Positions 22,330-34,853 of a stretch of 64,000 nucleotides of DNA are shown piece by piece. How positions within the stretch are numbered: position 1 is the first letter of the stretch; the number at the start of each line of letters is the position of its first letter. A program made the translations under genes and the position numbers. The stretch comes from an uncultured Acidobacteriota bacterium (GTDB lineage Bacteria; Acidobacteriota; Vicinamibacteria; Vicinamibacterales; Fen-181): the NCBI GenBank assembly GCA_963784455.1, contig CAWARN010000005.1, forward strand, positions 142,005 to 206,004. The letters are read 5' to 3'. The notes beneath the pieces were generated by a model. It saw nothing but the letters and a program-made list of their open reading frames with translations. It had not been told where the DNA came from and ran no database searches.

Positions 22330-22710
22330 CTATCGATGAACGGCCCATCGATGAGAAGCCATCACCGAGACCCGGCCCTGCTGGGCCCACGCCTCGGACG
22401 CCAGCAATCTGACCTGTCGGACGTGCGCCCGCTCGCCCAGGAACGCCGCGACGGCGGCGGCAATCACGGCCATCGTCTCGTCCGTGACCTCGCCGTGCGG
22501 CTCGGGCGGGCCGGCCGGCGCCGCAGCGGGCTTGGCCGGCACGACCGCCGGGACCGGCGGAGGCGGAGCCGCCGCCACGAGATTCCCGACCGCCGCGTCG
22601 CGCGCAGCCTCGAGCCTGGCGATTCGCTCCTCGAGTTCGGCAATCCGCGCGAGCAGTTCCGCAGTGCGAGTGCCGGAGCGTGCCTGAAAGCGAGCCTTCT
22701 TGTCCGTCAT
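22330..22710 (-). CDS. Small accessory subunit-like protein of biotin-dependent carboxyltransferase clusters (OadG/AccE-like), hypothetical
   Basis: ORF 126 aa. Coiled N-terminus, Pro/Ala linker, then EVTDETMAVIAAAVAAFLG...WAQQGR tail. The assignment rests mainly on position between the 12S and 1.3S genes. Confidence 0.5.
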   Translation of the reverse strand: MTDKKARFQARSGTRTAELLARIAELEERIARLEAARDAAVGNLVAAAPPPPVPAVVPAKPAAAPAGPPEPHGEVTDETMAVIAAAVAAFLGERAHVRQVRLLASEAWAQQGRVSVMASHRWAVHR

Positions 22711-22738
22711 GCCTCCACCAGCCGTTCGTGAGTCTGCG

Positions 22739-22766
22739 CTGAGCCTTGAGCCCTGAGCCCTGAGCC
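22739..22766 (-). repeat. Heptanucleotide tandem array, 4 units (GGCTCAR on the coding strand)
   Basis: Plus strand CTGAGCC TTGAGCC CTGAGCC CTGAGCC, between the 12S stop (22771) and the OadG-like start (22710). Confidence 0.85.
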
Positions 22767-22770
22767 ATCC

Positions 22771-24342
22771 CTACAGCGGCATCAACCCGTGCTTCTTCGG
22801 AGGCCTCAGCTCGCGCTTCGTGTGCAGCGCCTCGAGCGCCTGCGCCAGGTGCCGCCGCGTGTCAGCCGGGTCGATGATGTCGTCGACCAGCCTTCGACCG
22901 GCCGCCACGAACGGGTTGGCGAAATGGCTGCGGTACTCCTCGATCAGCTCCTTGCGCCGGGCCGCCTTGTTCTCGGCCTTGTCGATCTCGTTGCGGAACA
23001 CGATCTCGGCCGCGCCCTCCGCACCCATCACCGCGACTTCGGCTGTCGGCCACGCGTAGACGCGGTCTGCGCCGAGGTCCTTGCCGCACATCGCCAGGTA
23101 GGCGCCGCCGTAGGCCTTGCGCAGGATGACCGTGATCTTCGGCACCGTGGTGGCCGAGTAGGCGAACAGCATCTTGGCACCGTGCCGGATGATCCCGCCG
23201 TACTCCTGCTGCACGCCCGGCAGGAACCCCGGCACGTCGACGAGGGTGACCAGCGGCGTGTTGAACGCGTTGCAGAACCGGATGAACCGCGCCGCCTTGT
23301 TCGACGCGTTGATGTCGAGTGCGCCCGCCAGGGAACTCGGCTGGTTGGCCACGATGCCGATCGACCGGCCCAGGATGCGCGCAAAGCCGATGACGATGTT
23401 GGGCGCGAAGCCGGGCTGGATTTCCAGGAAGTCGCCGACGTCCACGACCGCAGCGATCACACGGCGGACGTCGTACGGCTGCTTCCCCTCGGCGGGCACG
23501 ATGGCGCGCAGGTCAGGATTCGGATCGACGTTCCCGTCCGACGGGAGGACCGGCGGGTCCTCCAGGTTGTTGTTCGGCATGAAGCTCAGGAGCCGCCGGC
23601 AGAGGAACACCGCCTCGTTGTCGTCGGCCGCCACCAGGTGGACGACGCCCGAGTGCGTCATGTGCGCGTCCGCGCCGCCGAGCTGCTCGGCGGTCACGAC
23701 CTCGCCGGTCACCTGCTTGATGACCTGCGGCCCGGTGATGAACATCTGCGCCTGCCGCGTCTGGATGATGAAGTCGGTCAGCGCCGGGCTGTACGCGGCG
23801 CCTCCCGCGCACGGGCCGCAGATGAGCGAAATCTGCGGGACCGCCCCCGACAGCTTCGTGTTCGTGTAGAACACCTTGCCGTAGCCCGAGAGGCTGTCGA
23901 TGCCTTCCTGCACCCTCGCGCCGCCGGAGTCGTTGATGAAGACGAACGGCGAGCCGGTCTTCAGCGACATCTCCATCGTGTCGGCGATCTTCGTCGAGTG
24001 CACCTCGCCGGCCGCGCCGCCGCCCACGGTGAAGTCCTGGCTGGCGAGGTGGACGAGGCGGCCGGAGATGGCCGCGGACCCCGTGATGACGCCGTCGGCC
24101 GGGAACTCCTTGTCCGCCATGCCGAACAGCGTGGCGCGGTGCCGCGCGAACAGCCCCGATTCCTGGAAGCTCCCCGGATCGACCAGCGCGTTCACCCGCT
24201 CGCGGGCGCCGAGCTTGCCGGCCTTGTGCTGCTTCTCGAGCCGCTCGTGGCCGCCGCCCAGCATCAGCTCGGCGCGCTTCTTCGCCAGCTCCTTCAGCCG
24301 CCCCTCCATCGTCGTCACCGTCTTCGCGTCAGCCTTTGTCAT
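22771..24342 (-). CDS. Methylmalonyl-CoA carboxyltransferase 12S subunit / propionyl-CoA carboxylase beta-type carboxyltransferase
   Basis: ORF 523 aa. Both CoA carboxyltransferase halves are present (SQDFTVGGGAAGEVHSTKI..., PQISLICGPCAGGAAYSPALTDF, GIVANQPSSLAGALDINASNKAARFIRFCNAFNTPLVTLVDVPGFLPG). Confidence 0.9.
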   Translation of the reverse strand: MTKADAKTVTTMEGRLKELAKKRAELMLGGGHERLEKQHKAGKLGARERVNALVDPGSFQESGLFARHRATLFGMADKEFPADGVITGSAAISGRLVHLASQDFTVGGGAAGEVHSTKIADTMEMSLKTGSPFVFINDSGGARVQEGIDSLSGYGKVFYTNTKLSGAVPQISLICGPCAGGAAYSPALTDFIIQTRQAQMFITGPQVIKQVTGEVVTAEQLGGADAHMTHSGVVHLVAADDNEAVFLCRRLLSFMPNNNLEDPPVLPSDGNVDPNPDLRAIVPAEGKQPYDVRRVIAAVVDVGDFLEIQPGFAPNIVIGFARILGRSIGIVANQPSSLAGALDINASNKAARFIRFCNAFNTPLVTLVDVPGFLPGVQQEYGGIIRHGAKMLFAYSATTVPKITVILRKAYGGAYLAMCGKDLGADRVYAWPTAEVAVMGAEGAAEIVFRNEIDKAENKAARRKELIEEYRSHFANPFVAAGRRLVDDIIDPADTRRHLAQALEALHTKRELRPPKKHGLMPL

Positions 24343-24351
24343 CGTCTTTCC

Positions 24352-24395
24352 TTGAGCCCTGAGCCTTGAGCCTTTGCGCCTTGAGTCCGTGAGCG
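24352..24395 (-). repeat. Heptanucleotide tandem array, 3 perfect plus about 3 degenerate units (GGCTCAR on the coding strand)
   Basis: Plus strand TTGAGCC CTGAGCC TTGAGCC, then TTTGCGCC TTGAGTC CGTGAGC. It lies between the 5S stop (24402) and the 12S start (24342). Confidence 0.75.
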
Positions 24396-24401
24396 GCCTG
24401 T

Positions 24402-25924
24402 CTACGCCGGCGTCACCGTGACCTTGTGCGTGCGGCCGCCGAGCTTCACGTCGTAGGTGATCTCCGAGCGCACCGGCCCCCGGCCGTCGTCCGGCGTCGC
24501 GGCTGCCGGCCGCCGAGCCCTTCGCCGCCGGCTTCGCGGCCGCCGGTCCTGCCGACGTTCTGCGGCCCTTCGTGCCGGCGCGCGAAGAACTTCGTCGCCA
24601 CCTGCGGGAACATCGCGTAGGTGAGGACGTCCTCGTCCGTCCCGTCGCATCCGTCGAGGGCGATGGCCTGCGCCCGGAGGTCTTCCCACTCGGGCTTCAG
24701 CAGGCTGGCGGGCCTGCACGTGATCGGCTCCTTGCGGGCGTGCGTCTGCGCCAGTGCGACGACCTCCGGATCGCGCGGCGCGATCGTGTCGCCGTAGTAG
24801 CCGAGCATCAGGTCGGCGAACTCGCCCGTCATGACCTTGTAGCGGCCCATCATCACGTTGAACACGGCCTGCGTGCCGACGATCTGGCTCGACGGCGTCA
24901 CCAGCGGCGGGAAGCCCGCGTCGCGGCGGACGTGCGGGACCTCCGCCAGCACCTCCTTGATCCGGTCCGCGGCCCCCTGCTGTTTCAGCTGGCTCTCCAT
25001 GTTCGAGATCATCCCGCCCGGAATCTGCGAGTTGAAAAGCTCGGTCTCCACCCCCGTGATGTTCGACAGGAACTCCGAGTAGCGCGGCCGGATGCGCGCG
25101 AAGTGGTCCTTGATCGACAGCAGCCGCGCCTTGTCGAGGGCGGTCCGGTAGGGCGTTCCATCGAGCATCTCGACAAGCGACTCCGTCGGGTTGTGGCCGG
25201 GGCCGAGGCTCATGGAGCTGATGGCGGTGTCCACGCAGTCGGCGCCGGCTTCAATCGCCTTCATGAGGCTGACGAGCGTGACGCCGGTCGTGGCATGCAC
25301 GTGGACGTGGACGCGGACCTCCGCGCCGAGCGCCGCCTTCAGCGCGCGCACCAGATCGTAGGCCGGCTGCGGCTTCAGCAGCGCCGCCATGTCCTTGATG
25401 CAGATGGAATCGGCGCCGAGCTCGCGCAGCTGCACCGCCAGCTTCACGAACCCTTCGATGGTGTGGACCGGGCTCGTGGTGTAGGAGATCGTCCCCTGCG
25501 CGTGCTTGCCGGTCCGACGGACCGCCCTGATGGCGCGCTCGAGGTTGCGGATGTCGTTCAGGGCGTCGAAGACCCGGAACACGTCGACGCCGTTGTCTGC
25601 AGCCTTCTGCACGAACCGGTCGACCACGCCATCCTCGTAGTGGCGGTAGCCCACCAGGTTCTGGCCGCGCAACAGCATCTGGAGCGGCGTCTTCGGCATC
25701 CGCGCCTTGAACGTGCGAAGCCGCTCCCACGGATCCTCGTTGAGGAACCGGATGCACGAGTCGAACGTCGCGCCTCCCCAGCACTCGAGCGACCAGAAGC
25801 CGGCGTGGTCCAGGTCCTCGCACGCCGGGAGCATGTCCTCGGTCGCCATGCGCGTCGCCATCAGGCTCTGGTGGGCGTCCCGCAGGATGAGTTCGGTGAC
25901 GTCGATGGTTCTCGGCTCAGGCAT
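24402..25924 (-). pseudogene. Transcarboxylase 5S subunit / oxaloacetate decarboxylase alpha-type carboxyltransferase (pyruvate carboxyltransferase domain), C-terminal tail in another frame
   Basis: ORF 24446..25924 (LRDAHQSL...WGGATFD...KDMAALL...HVHVHATTG). The expected C-terminal tail AAATPDDGRGPVRSEITYDVKLGGRTHKVTVTPA is in ORF 24402..24719. Either one 1-nt deletion or two 1-nt insertions between about 24480 and 24560 would explain this. Confidence 0.85.
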
Positions 25925-26124
25925 GGCAGGTACTTGTCAGCGGCCAATCGAAACGGATTGACGACGGGAGGCGGACAGGAAGGCAACCCGGCTCACACGA
26001 GGCCCCGCCCAGGGGGAGCGTGTCGACGGGTGACGGCCCGGCGGTATTCAGAAGGGAATTGTACCCCGGCGTCCAGGCGCCTGCCAAGCCGACCATGGTA
26101 GTCTGTGCCGTTCGCGGACGATGA

Positions 26125-29413
<3,289 letters not shown>

Positions 29414-29510
29414 GCGGAAGCCGCCGGTGTTGTGGTAGCGTAGCTGGAGGGCCATTCTCGGCATCGTCAGCTTGTCGGGTGTCGATGCCGGCATCCGTGT
29501 TGGGGGTTGT

Positions 29511-30317
29511 GTGATCAAGTCGCGCTCCGTTCTGCTCGTCGTGCTCTTCGTCGCGGGCTCCTTCGTCGCCGGAGCCGCCTGCTCGAAACAGGCTGAACCA
29601 CCTGCCGCAGCCGCGAACGCCGGGCCCGCGGCGGTGCCCGCCTCTCAGAGCGCGACGCCGGCCGGCATGCCGCAGGCGGCCGCTCCGGTCACGGTCGAGA
29701 CCATCACCGGCGAAGTGGCCGAGACGATGGACGCGTCGAACTACACCTATCTGCGCGTGAAGTCGGCCAGGGGTGACGTGTGGGTGGCGACCGCCAAGAC
29801 GCCGGTGAAGGTGGGGGAGAAGGTCGTGGTCCCGCTCGAGCAGGCGATGGAGAACTTCCACAGCCCGTCGCTGAAGCGCGATTTCCCCGTGATCTACTTC
29901 GTGACGGGTGTCTCGCGCGAGGGCGAGCCGGCGCCGCCGCCGATGGCGGTCGGGCACGGCATGTCGGGCGCCCCGGCGGCCCCGCAGACGCCCGTGAAGG
30001 TGGAGCCCGTCGCGCCGCCCGCCGGCGGGTCGAGCATCGCCGACGCCTGGGCGAACCGCGCGAAGCTCGCCGGGAAAACGGTGACCGTCCGCGGCACCGT
30101 CGTGAAGTTCAACGGCGGCATCCTGGACCGCAACTGGCTGCACCTGCAGGACGGCAGCGGCAAGGCGGCCGACGGCACCAATGACCTCACCGTGACGACC
30201 GACGCCGTGGCGAAGGTTGGAGACGTGATCACCGTCACCGGCACGGTGGCGGTCGACAAGGACTTCGGCTCCGGCTACGCCTACGCGCTGATGCTGGAGA
30301 AGGCCAAGATCAAGTAG
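29511..30317 (+). CDS. Putative lipoprotein with two OB-fold-like domains, hypothetical
   Basis: ORF 29472..30317. GTG 29511 gives VIKSRSVLLVVLFVAGSFVAGAAC (lipobox-like). There are two similar halves (GEVAETMDASNYTYLRVKS.. and KTVTVRGTVVKFNGGILDRNWLHLQDG..). Confidence 0.6.
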   Translation: MIKSRSVLLVVLFVAGSFVAGAACSKQAEPPAAAANAGPAAVPASQSATPAGMPQAAAPVTVETITGEVAETMDASNYTYLRVKSARGDVWVATAKTPVKVGEKVVVPLEQAMENFHSPSLKRDFPVIYFVTGVSREGEPAPPPMAVGHGMSGAPAAPQTPVKVEPVAPPAGGSSIADAWANRAKLAGKTVTVRGTVVKFNGGILDRNWLHLQDGSGKAADGTNDLTVTTDAVAKVGDVITVTGTVAVDKDFGSGYAYALMLEKAKIK

Positions 30318-30340
30318 CGCGGGTCTTTAGACCCGCGAGG
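30314..30340. repeat. REP-like palindromic element (GTAGCGCGGG family), copy 1
   Basis: GTAGCGCGGGTCTTTAGACCCGCGAGG; stem CGCGGGTCT/AGACCCGCG. It sits between the lipoprotein stop and the recQ start. Confidence 0.7.
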
Positions 30341-30367
30341 TGTGGCGCCAGCGATGCGGGCGGGCCA

Positions 30368-32287
30368 ATGGAACTAGACCTGTCCGCAGGTCTCGCCGGT
30401 CTCGGCTACGAGCGGTTTCGGCCGGGTCAGCGCGAGGCGATCGAGACGCTGCTCTCGGTCGGGCGCCTGCTGCTTGTCGCGCCGACCGGCGGCGGCAAGA
30501 GCCTGACGTACCAGCTTCCCGCCACGCTCCTCCCGGGCACGACCATCGTCATCTCCCCGCTCATCGCCCTGATGCAGGACCAGGCGCAGGCGCTCGAACA
30601 GCGCGGCGTGGCGGTCACGTTCCTGTCGTCGACGCTCGAGTCGGGGGACATGCGCCGCCGCATGGCCCGCGCGGCCGAGGGCGACTTCAAGCTGCTGTAC
30701 GTTGCGCCTGAGCGCCTCACCTACCCCGGTTTCCAGGCGCTCCTGGCGGACCTCGAGATTCCCCTCGTGGCCGTGGACGAAGCGCACTGCATCAGCCAGT
30801 GGGGCCACGATTTCCGCCCCGAGTACCTGCAGATTGGCGACATGCTCGCCGGCGTGCGGCCGCCGCGGATGCTCGCCTGTACCGCGACGGCCACGCCGGT
30901 CGTGCGCGACGAGATCCTTGCGAGGCTGGGGCTGGGCGCCGACACGCCGCAGATCGTGCAGGGCTTCGCGCGCCCCAACCTGGTGCTCCGCGCGATCGAC
31001 ATCTCGGGACCGCGCGAGCGCGCCCGCCACGTGGACGCCCAGCTGCTCGAATCGCTCGGCCGGCCCGGGCAGGCCCGCGGCGTCGCCATCGTGTACTCGA
31101 TGACTCGCGTCGGCGCCGAGCAGGAAGCGAACCGCCTGGCCGCGAGGGGCTGGCGCACGGCGGCGTATCATGCCGGACTCGAACGCGACGTGCGCACCCG
31201 CGCCCAGGCGATGTTCACCGACGGCCGCGTGGACGTCGTCGCGGCCACGGTCGCCTTCGGGATGGGGATCGACCGCCCGGACGTTCGCGCCGTGATCCAC
31301 CTCTCGCCGCCGGGGTCCATCGAGGCCTACTACCAGGAAGTGGGGCGCGCCGGCCGCGACGGCCAGACCGCATGGGGGCTGCTGCTGGTGTCGCCGGGCG
31401 ACATGGCGCTTCGCCGGCGACTGCTGGAGAGCGCCGAGGGGACGACCGCCGAGACGATCGAGCACAAGTGGAACATGTTCCTCGAGCTGCTGCGGTGGGC
31501 GGAAGGCGGCAGCTGCCGCCACGACGCGATTCTGAGGTATTTCGGCGACGAGGCGGAAACGCTGGCCGGTTGCGGCATCTGCGACGTGTGCGAGACGCTC
31601 GTTGAATCGCGATCGGGCCAGGACCAGGAGGAGGTGTCGCTGATCGTCAGGAAGGCGCTGAGCGGTGTGGCACGAGTCCACGGCCGGTTCGGCATGACGG
31701 CGGCCGTCCAGCTGGTGAGGGGGAGTGCCGACGAACGCCTCCTGCGAGCGGGTCTCGATCAGACGACGACGTTTGGCGTGCTGCGGGAGCACACCGAGGA
31801 ATGGCTGCTGCGGCTGATGCGCCGGCTGGTGGTGGCCGGCTGGGTCGAGTTCTCCACGGGCGACCGGCCGCTGGTGTGTCTGACCGAGGCTGGCCGCGCC
31901 GTGATGAAGGCCGAGCGCACTGCGAGGATTCTGCTGCCGCCTCGCGGCCGGTTGGCGCCGGTCTCCGCGGCGCCGCGCCGGCGCGGGGCAACCGGCGCCG
32001 CGGTCGAACCGCAGGGAGGCGCGGCATACGCCAGCTCACCCCAGTACGCCACCGACACCGGCGAGGCCGAGCTGTTCGACGCGCTGCGCCGCCACCGGCT
32101 GGACCTGTCGCGAGCGCTCGGCGCCCCGCCCTACGTCGTCGCCAGCGACCGCACGCTCCGGGAACTCGCCACGTTCAGGCCCCGGACGCTCCGCGAACTC
32201 GAGAGCATCTACGGCATCGGGCCCTCGAAGCTCGAGCGATTCGGTCAGGGGTTCCTCGAGGTGATTGCGCGGACCCTCGGCCGATGA
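30368..32287 (+). CDS. recQ: ATP-dependent DNA helicase RecQ
   Basis: ORF 639 aa. FRPGQREAI, APTGGGKSLTYQLP, DEAHCISQWGHDFRPEY, RecQ zinc-binding Cys cluster (CRHDAILRYFGD...CGICDVC), C-terminal HRDC (LFDALRRHRLDLSRALGAPPYVVASDRTLRELA). Confidence 0.95.
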   Translation: MELDLSAGLAGLGYERFRPGQREAIETLLSVGRLLLVAPTGGGKSLTYQLPATLLPGTTIVISPLIALMQDQAQALEQRGVAVTFLSSTLESGDMRRRMARAAEGDFKLLYVAPERLTYPGFQALLADLEIPLVAVDEAHCISQWGHDFRPEYLQIGDMLAGVRPPRMLACTATATPVVRDEILARLGLGADTPQIVQGFARPNLVLRAIDISGPRERARHVDAQLLESLGRPGQARGVAIVYSMTRVGAEQEANRLAARGWRTAAYHAGLERDVRTRAQAMFTDGRVDVVAATVAFGMGIDRPDVRAVIHLSPPGSIEAYYQEVGRAGRDGQTAWGLLLVSPGDMALRRRLLESAEGTTAETIEHKWNMFLELLRWAEGGSCRHDAILRYFGDEAETLAGCGICDVCETLVESRSGQDQEEVSLIVRKALSGVARVHGRFGMTAAVQLVRGSADERLLRAGLDQTTTFGVLREHTEEWLLRLMRRLVVAGWVEFSTGDRPLVCLTEAGRAVMKAERTARILLPPRGRLAPVSAAPRRRGATGAAVEPQGGAAYASSPQYATDTGEAELFDALRRHRLDLSRALGAPPYVVASDRTLRELATFRPRTLRELESIYGIGPSKLERFGQGFLEVIARTLGR

Positions 32288-32310
32288 CCGCCGCTGTGCT
32301 AGCCTGAGAT

Positions 32311-32362
32311 GTAGCGCGGGGCTCGATCCCCGCATGGTGTAGCGCGGGTCTTCAGACCCGCG
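32311..32362. repeat. REP-like palindromic elements (GTAGCGCGGG family), copies 2 and 3 in tandem
   Basis: GTAGCGCGGGGCTCGATCCCCGCATG followed by GTGTAGCGCGGGTCTTCAGACCCGCG, between the recQ stop and the pirin start. The third copy differs from copy 1 only in the loop. Confidence 0.7.
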
Positions 32363-32376
32363 ATCGGAGGCCCCCC

Positions 32377-33283
32377 ATGTCGATTCGACCAGTCACCCGC
32401 ATGTCGCAGTCCGTCCCGACGCGCGAAGGCGCCGGCGTGCGTCTGCGCCGCGCCTTCCCGTTCGGAGACACCGCCGAGTTCGATCCGTTCCTGCTGCTCG
32501 ACGATTTCCGCAGCGACGATCCCGCGGACTACCGCGCGGGATTCCCGTGGCATCCGCACCGCGGCATCGAGACTATCAGCTACGTTCTGGCCGGGGCCGT
32601 CGAGCACCAGGACAGCCTTGGCAACAGGGGCGCACTGGGGCCGGGCGACATCCAGTGGATGACGGCCGGCAGCGGCATTCTCCACCAGGAGATGCCGCAA
32701 GGCGATCAGAACGGCCGCATGCACGGATTCCAGCTGTGGGCCAATCTGCCTTCGTCGCTGAAGATGACCAGTCCACGCTACCAGGACGTGCCGGCGCGCG
32801 ACGTGCCCGAGGTCGTGGAGGACGACGGGACGACGATTCGTGTGCTGTGCGGCCATTTCGGCGGGAAGACGGGGCCGGTGGAAGGCATCGCGGCCGACCC
32901 TCGGTACCTCGACGTCTCCGTGCCGGCCGGCCGCCACAGGCGGCTCGCCGTGCCACCTCGCGCAGCGCGCGTTCGCATATGTCTTCTCGGGTTCGGGATC
33001 GTTCCGTGACGCGTCCGAGCCGCGGGGCGTGCAGACCGAGCGGATCGGCGGTCCGGCGCCGCCTGCCAGCCTCTCGGATGACGCGACGAACCGATCGCTC
33101 GTGCTCTTCGACCGCGGCGACGAGGTGGTGGTCCGCGCAGGCGAGCAGGGGATCCGGTTCCTGCTGGTCTCAGGGCGCCCAATCGAGGAGCCGATCGCCT
33201 GGTACGGGCCGATTGTGATGAACACGGAGGAGGAGCTGCGGCAGGCGCAACGGGAGCTTCGGGACGGGACGTTCATCAAGTAG
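32377..33283 (+). pseudogene. Pirin family protein (bicupin), one frame break as sequenced
   Basis: ORF 32377..33009 (GFPWHPHRGIETISYVLAG..HQDSLGN..GDIQWMTAGSGILHQEMP) continues in ORF 32840..33283 (AFAYVFSGSGSF...RFLLVSGRPIEEPIAWYGPIVMNTEEELRQA). One extra base near 32950..32958. 907 nt minus 1 = 302 codons. Confidence 0.85.
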
Positions 33284-33323
33284 AAGGCAGAATCCAGAAG
33301 ACAGAATCCAGAAGGCAAGACGT
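33282..33323 (+). repeat. Heptanucleotide tandem array, about 6 units (CAGAAKN family, purine-rich strand)
   Basis: AGAAGGC AGAATCC AGAAGAC AGAATCC AGAAGGC AAGACGT, starting inside the pirin stop codon. Same unit family as 38285..38347 but in opposite orientation. Confidence 0.8.
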
Positions 33324-33394
33324 CACGCTGCCACGTGATTGACGCGGTTCTGCTCCCGGTCGCCAAGTCGCGAGCCGGGATGCGCGAGGCGGCC

Positions 33395-34853
33395 ATGCCC
33401 GCTCTCTCCATCCTGCTGACGGGGGCCACCGGCTATGTCGGTGGCCTCCTCCTTCCTCTGCTCGAATCACGCGGCCACCGCGTCAGGTGCCTGGCGCGGC
33501 GCACCGACCGACTGCGGCAGCGAGCCGATCCCCGAACAGAGATCGTCGAAGGTGATGTGCGGGACCCGGCGTCGCTCTCCCTGGCGATGGCCGGCATCGA
33601 TGTTGCGGTCTACCTGATCCACTCGATGGGCTCTGCGGGGTCGTTCGAGGAGGCGGACCGGGAGGCGGCGCGGCGGTTCGGGGCGGCGGCTGCCGCGGCC
33701 GGGCTCCGCCGCATCGTCTATCTCGGGGGCCTCGGCGACGGCCGCGACGATTCTGTCGCCTCACCTCCGGAGCCGGCGCGAGACGGGCGAGGTGCTCCGC
33801 CAGTCGGGCGTGCCGGTCATCGAGCTGAGGGCGTCGATCGTCATCGGGGCCGGCAGCCTGTCGTTCGAGATGGTGCGATCGCTCGTCGAGCGGCTGCCCG
33901 TGATGATCTGCCCGAGATGGGTGGCGGTGAAGGCGCAGCCGATTGCCGTCGGGGACGTGCTGGCGTACCTGGCGGCGGCGGCCGAAGACGAGGCGAGCGG
34001 AAGCGTCGTGTGCGAGATCGGCGGGCCCGATGTGGTGTCGTATGGCGACATCATGCGGGAGTACGCCCGGCAGCGCGGCCTGAAGCGCCTGTTGATTCCC
34101 GTTCCGCTGTTGACGCCGCGGCTGTCGAGTCTGTGGCTTCGGCTCGTGACACCGCTCTATGCGAGCGTCGGCCGCTGGCTCATCGACGGTATGCGCAATC
34201 AGACGATCGTCACCGACGTCGAGCCCGCGCGCCGCTACGCGCTGAAACCGCTGAGGCTGAAGCAGGCGGTCACCGAGGCCATCCGCCAGCGGGGCGAGCG
34301 CGTGGACGTCCTTCTGGCCGAGGCCGCGGGTCCGGACGCCGAAGCCGCGCTGACCGCGCTCAGGGCCTCGGGCTGCGTGCTGGACCACCGCGAGTCGGAC
34401 GTCGAGGCGAGCCCGTCGCGCGCGTTCGACCCGGTGAGGACGATCGGCGGGGCGAACGGCTACTACTATGGCAACCTGCTCTGGGCGCTTCGTGCGTGGT
34501 TCGACCGCCTGATCGGCGGAATCGGGATGCGGCGGGGCCGGCGCGACCCGGACACCTGCGTTGTGGGAGACGCCGTGGATTTCTGGCGCGTCGCGGCGTT
34601 CGAACCAGACCGGCGCCTGACGCTGACCGCCGAAATGAAAATGCCCGGCCGCGCCTGGCTGCAGTTCGATGTCGTGCCGGGGAACGACGGGGAACACACC
34701 CGCGTTCGACAGACCGCGCTCTTCGACCCTCGAGGCCTGTTGGGGCTGCTCTATTGGGCGGCGATGCTGCCGGCGCACGCCTTCATCTTCAGGGGCATGC
34801 TGCGCGCCATCGCCAGACGCGCCGCTTACCACACGCCGGGCAGCAGCCGGTAG
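33395..34853 (+). pseudogene. NAD(P)-binding SDR-fold protein with C-terminal DUF2867-like domain, one frame break as sequenced
   Basis: N-part of ORF 33335..35104 (ILLTGATGYVGGLLLPLLESRGHRV...VYLIHSM). C-part ORF 33792..34853 (LSPHLRSRRETGEVLRQSGVPVIELRAS...). One extra base at 33747..33756 (gacGATTCtg). 1459 nt minus 1 = 486 codons. Confidence 0.8.

Noticed and set aside
34826-34853. Convergent 3' overlaps of gene pairs as signs of mis-set gene ends. The overlaps are 34826..34853, 6868..6904, 52731..52779 and 60179..60199.
   Set aside because: Both partners have family-typical C-termini up to their stops. Short convergent overlaps are common in GC-rich genomes with rare stop codons.
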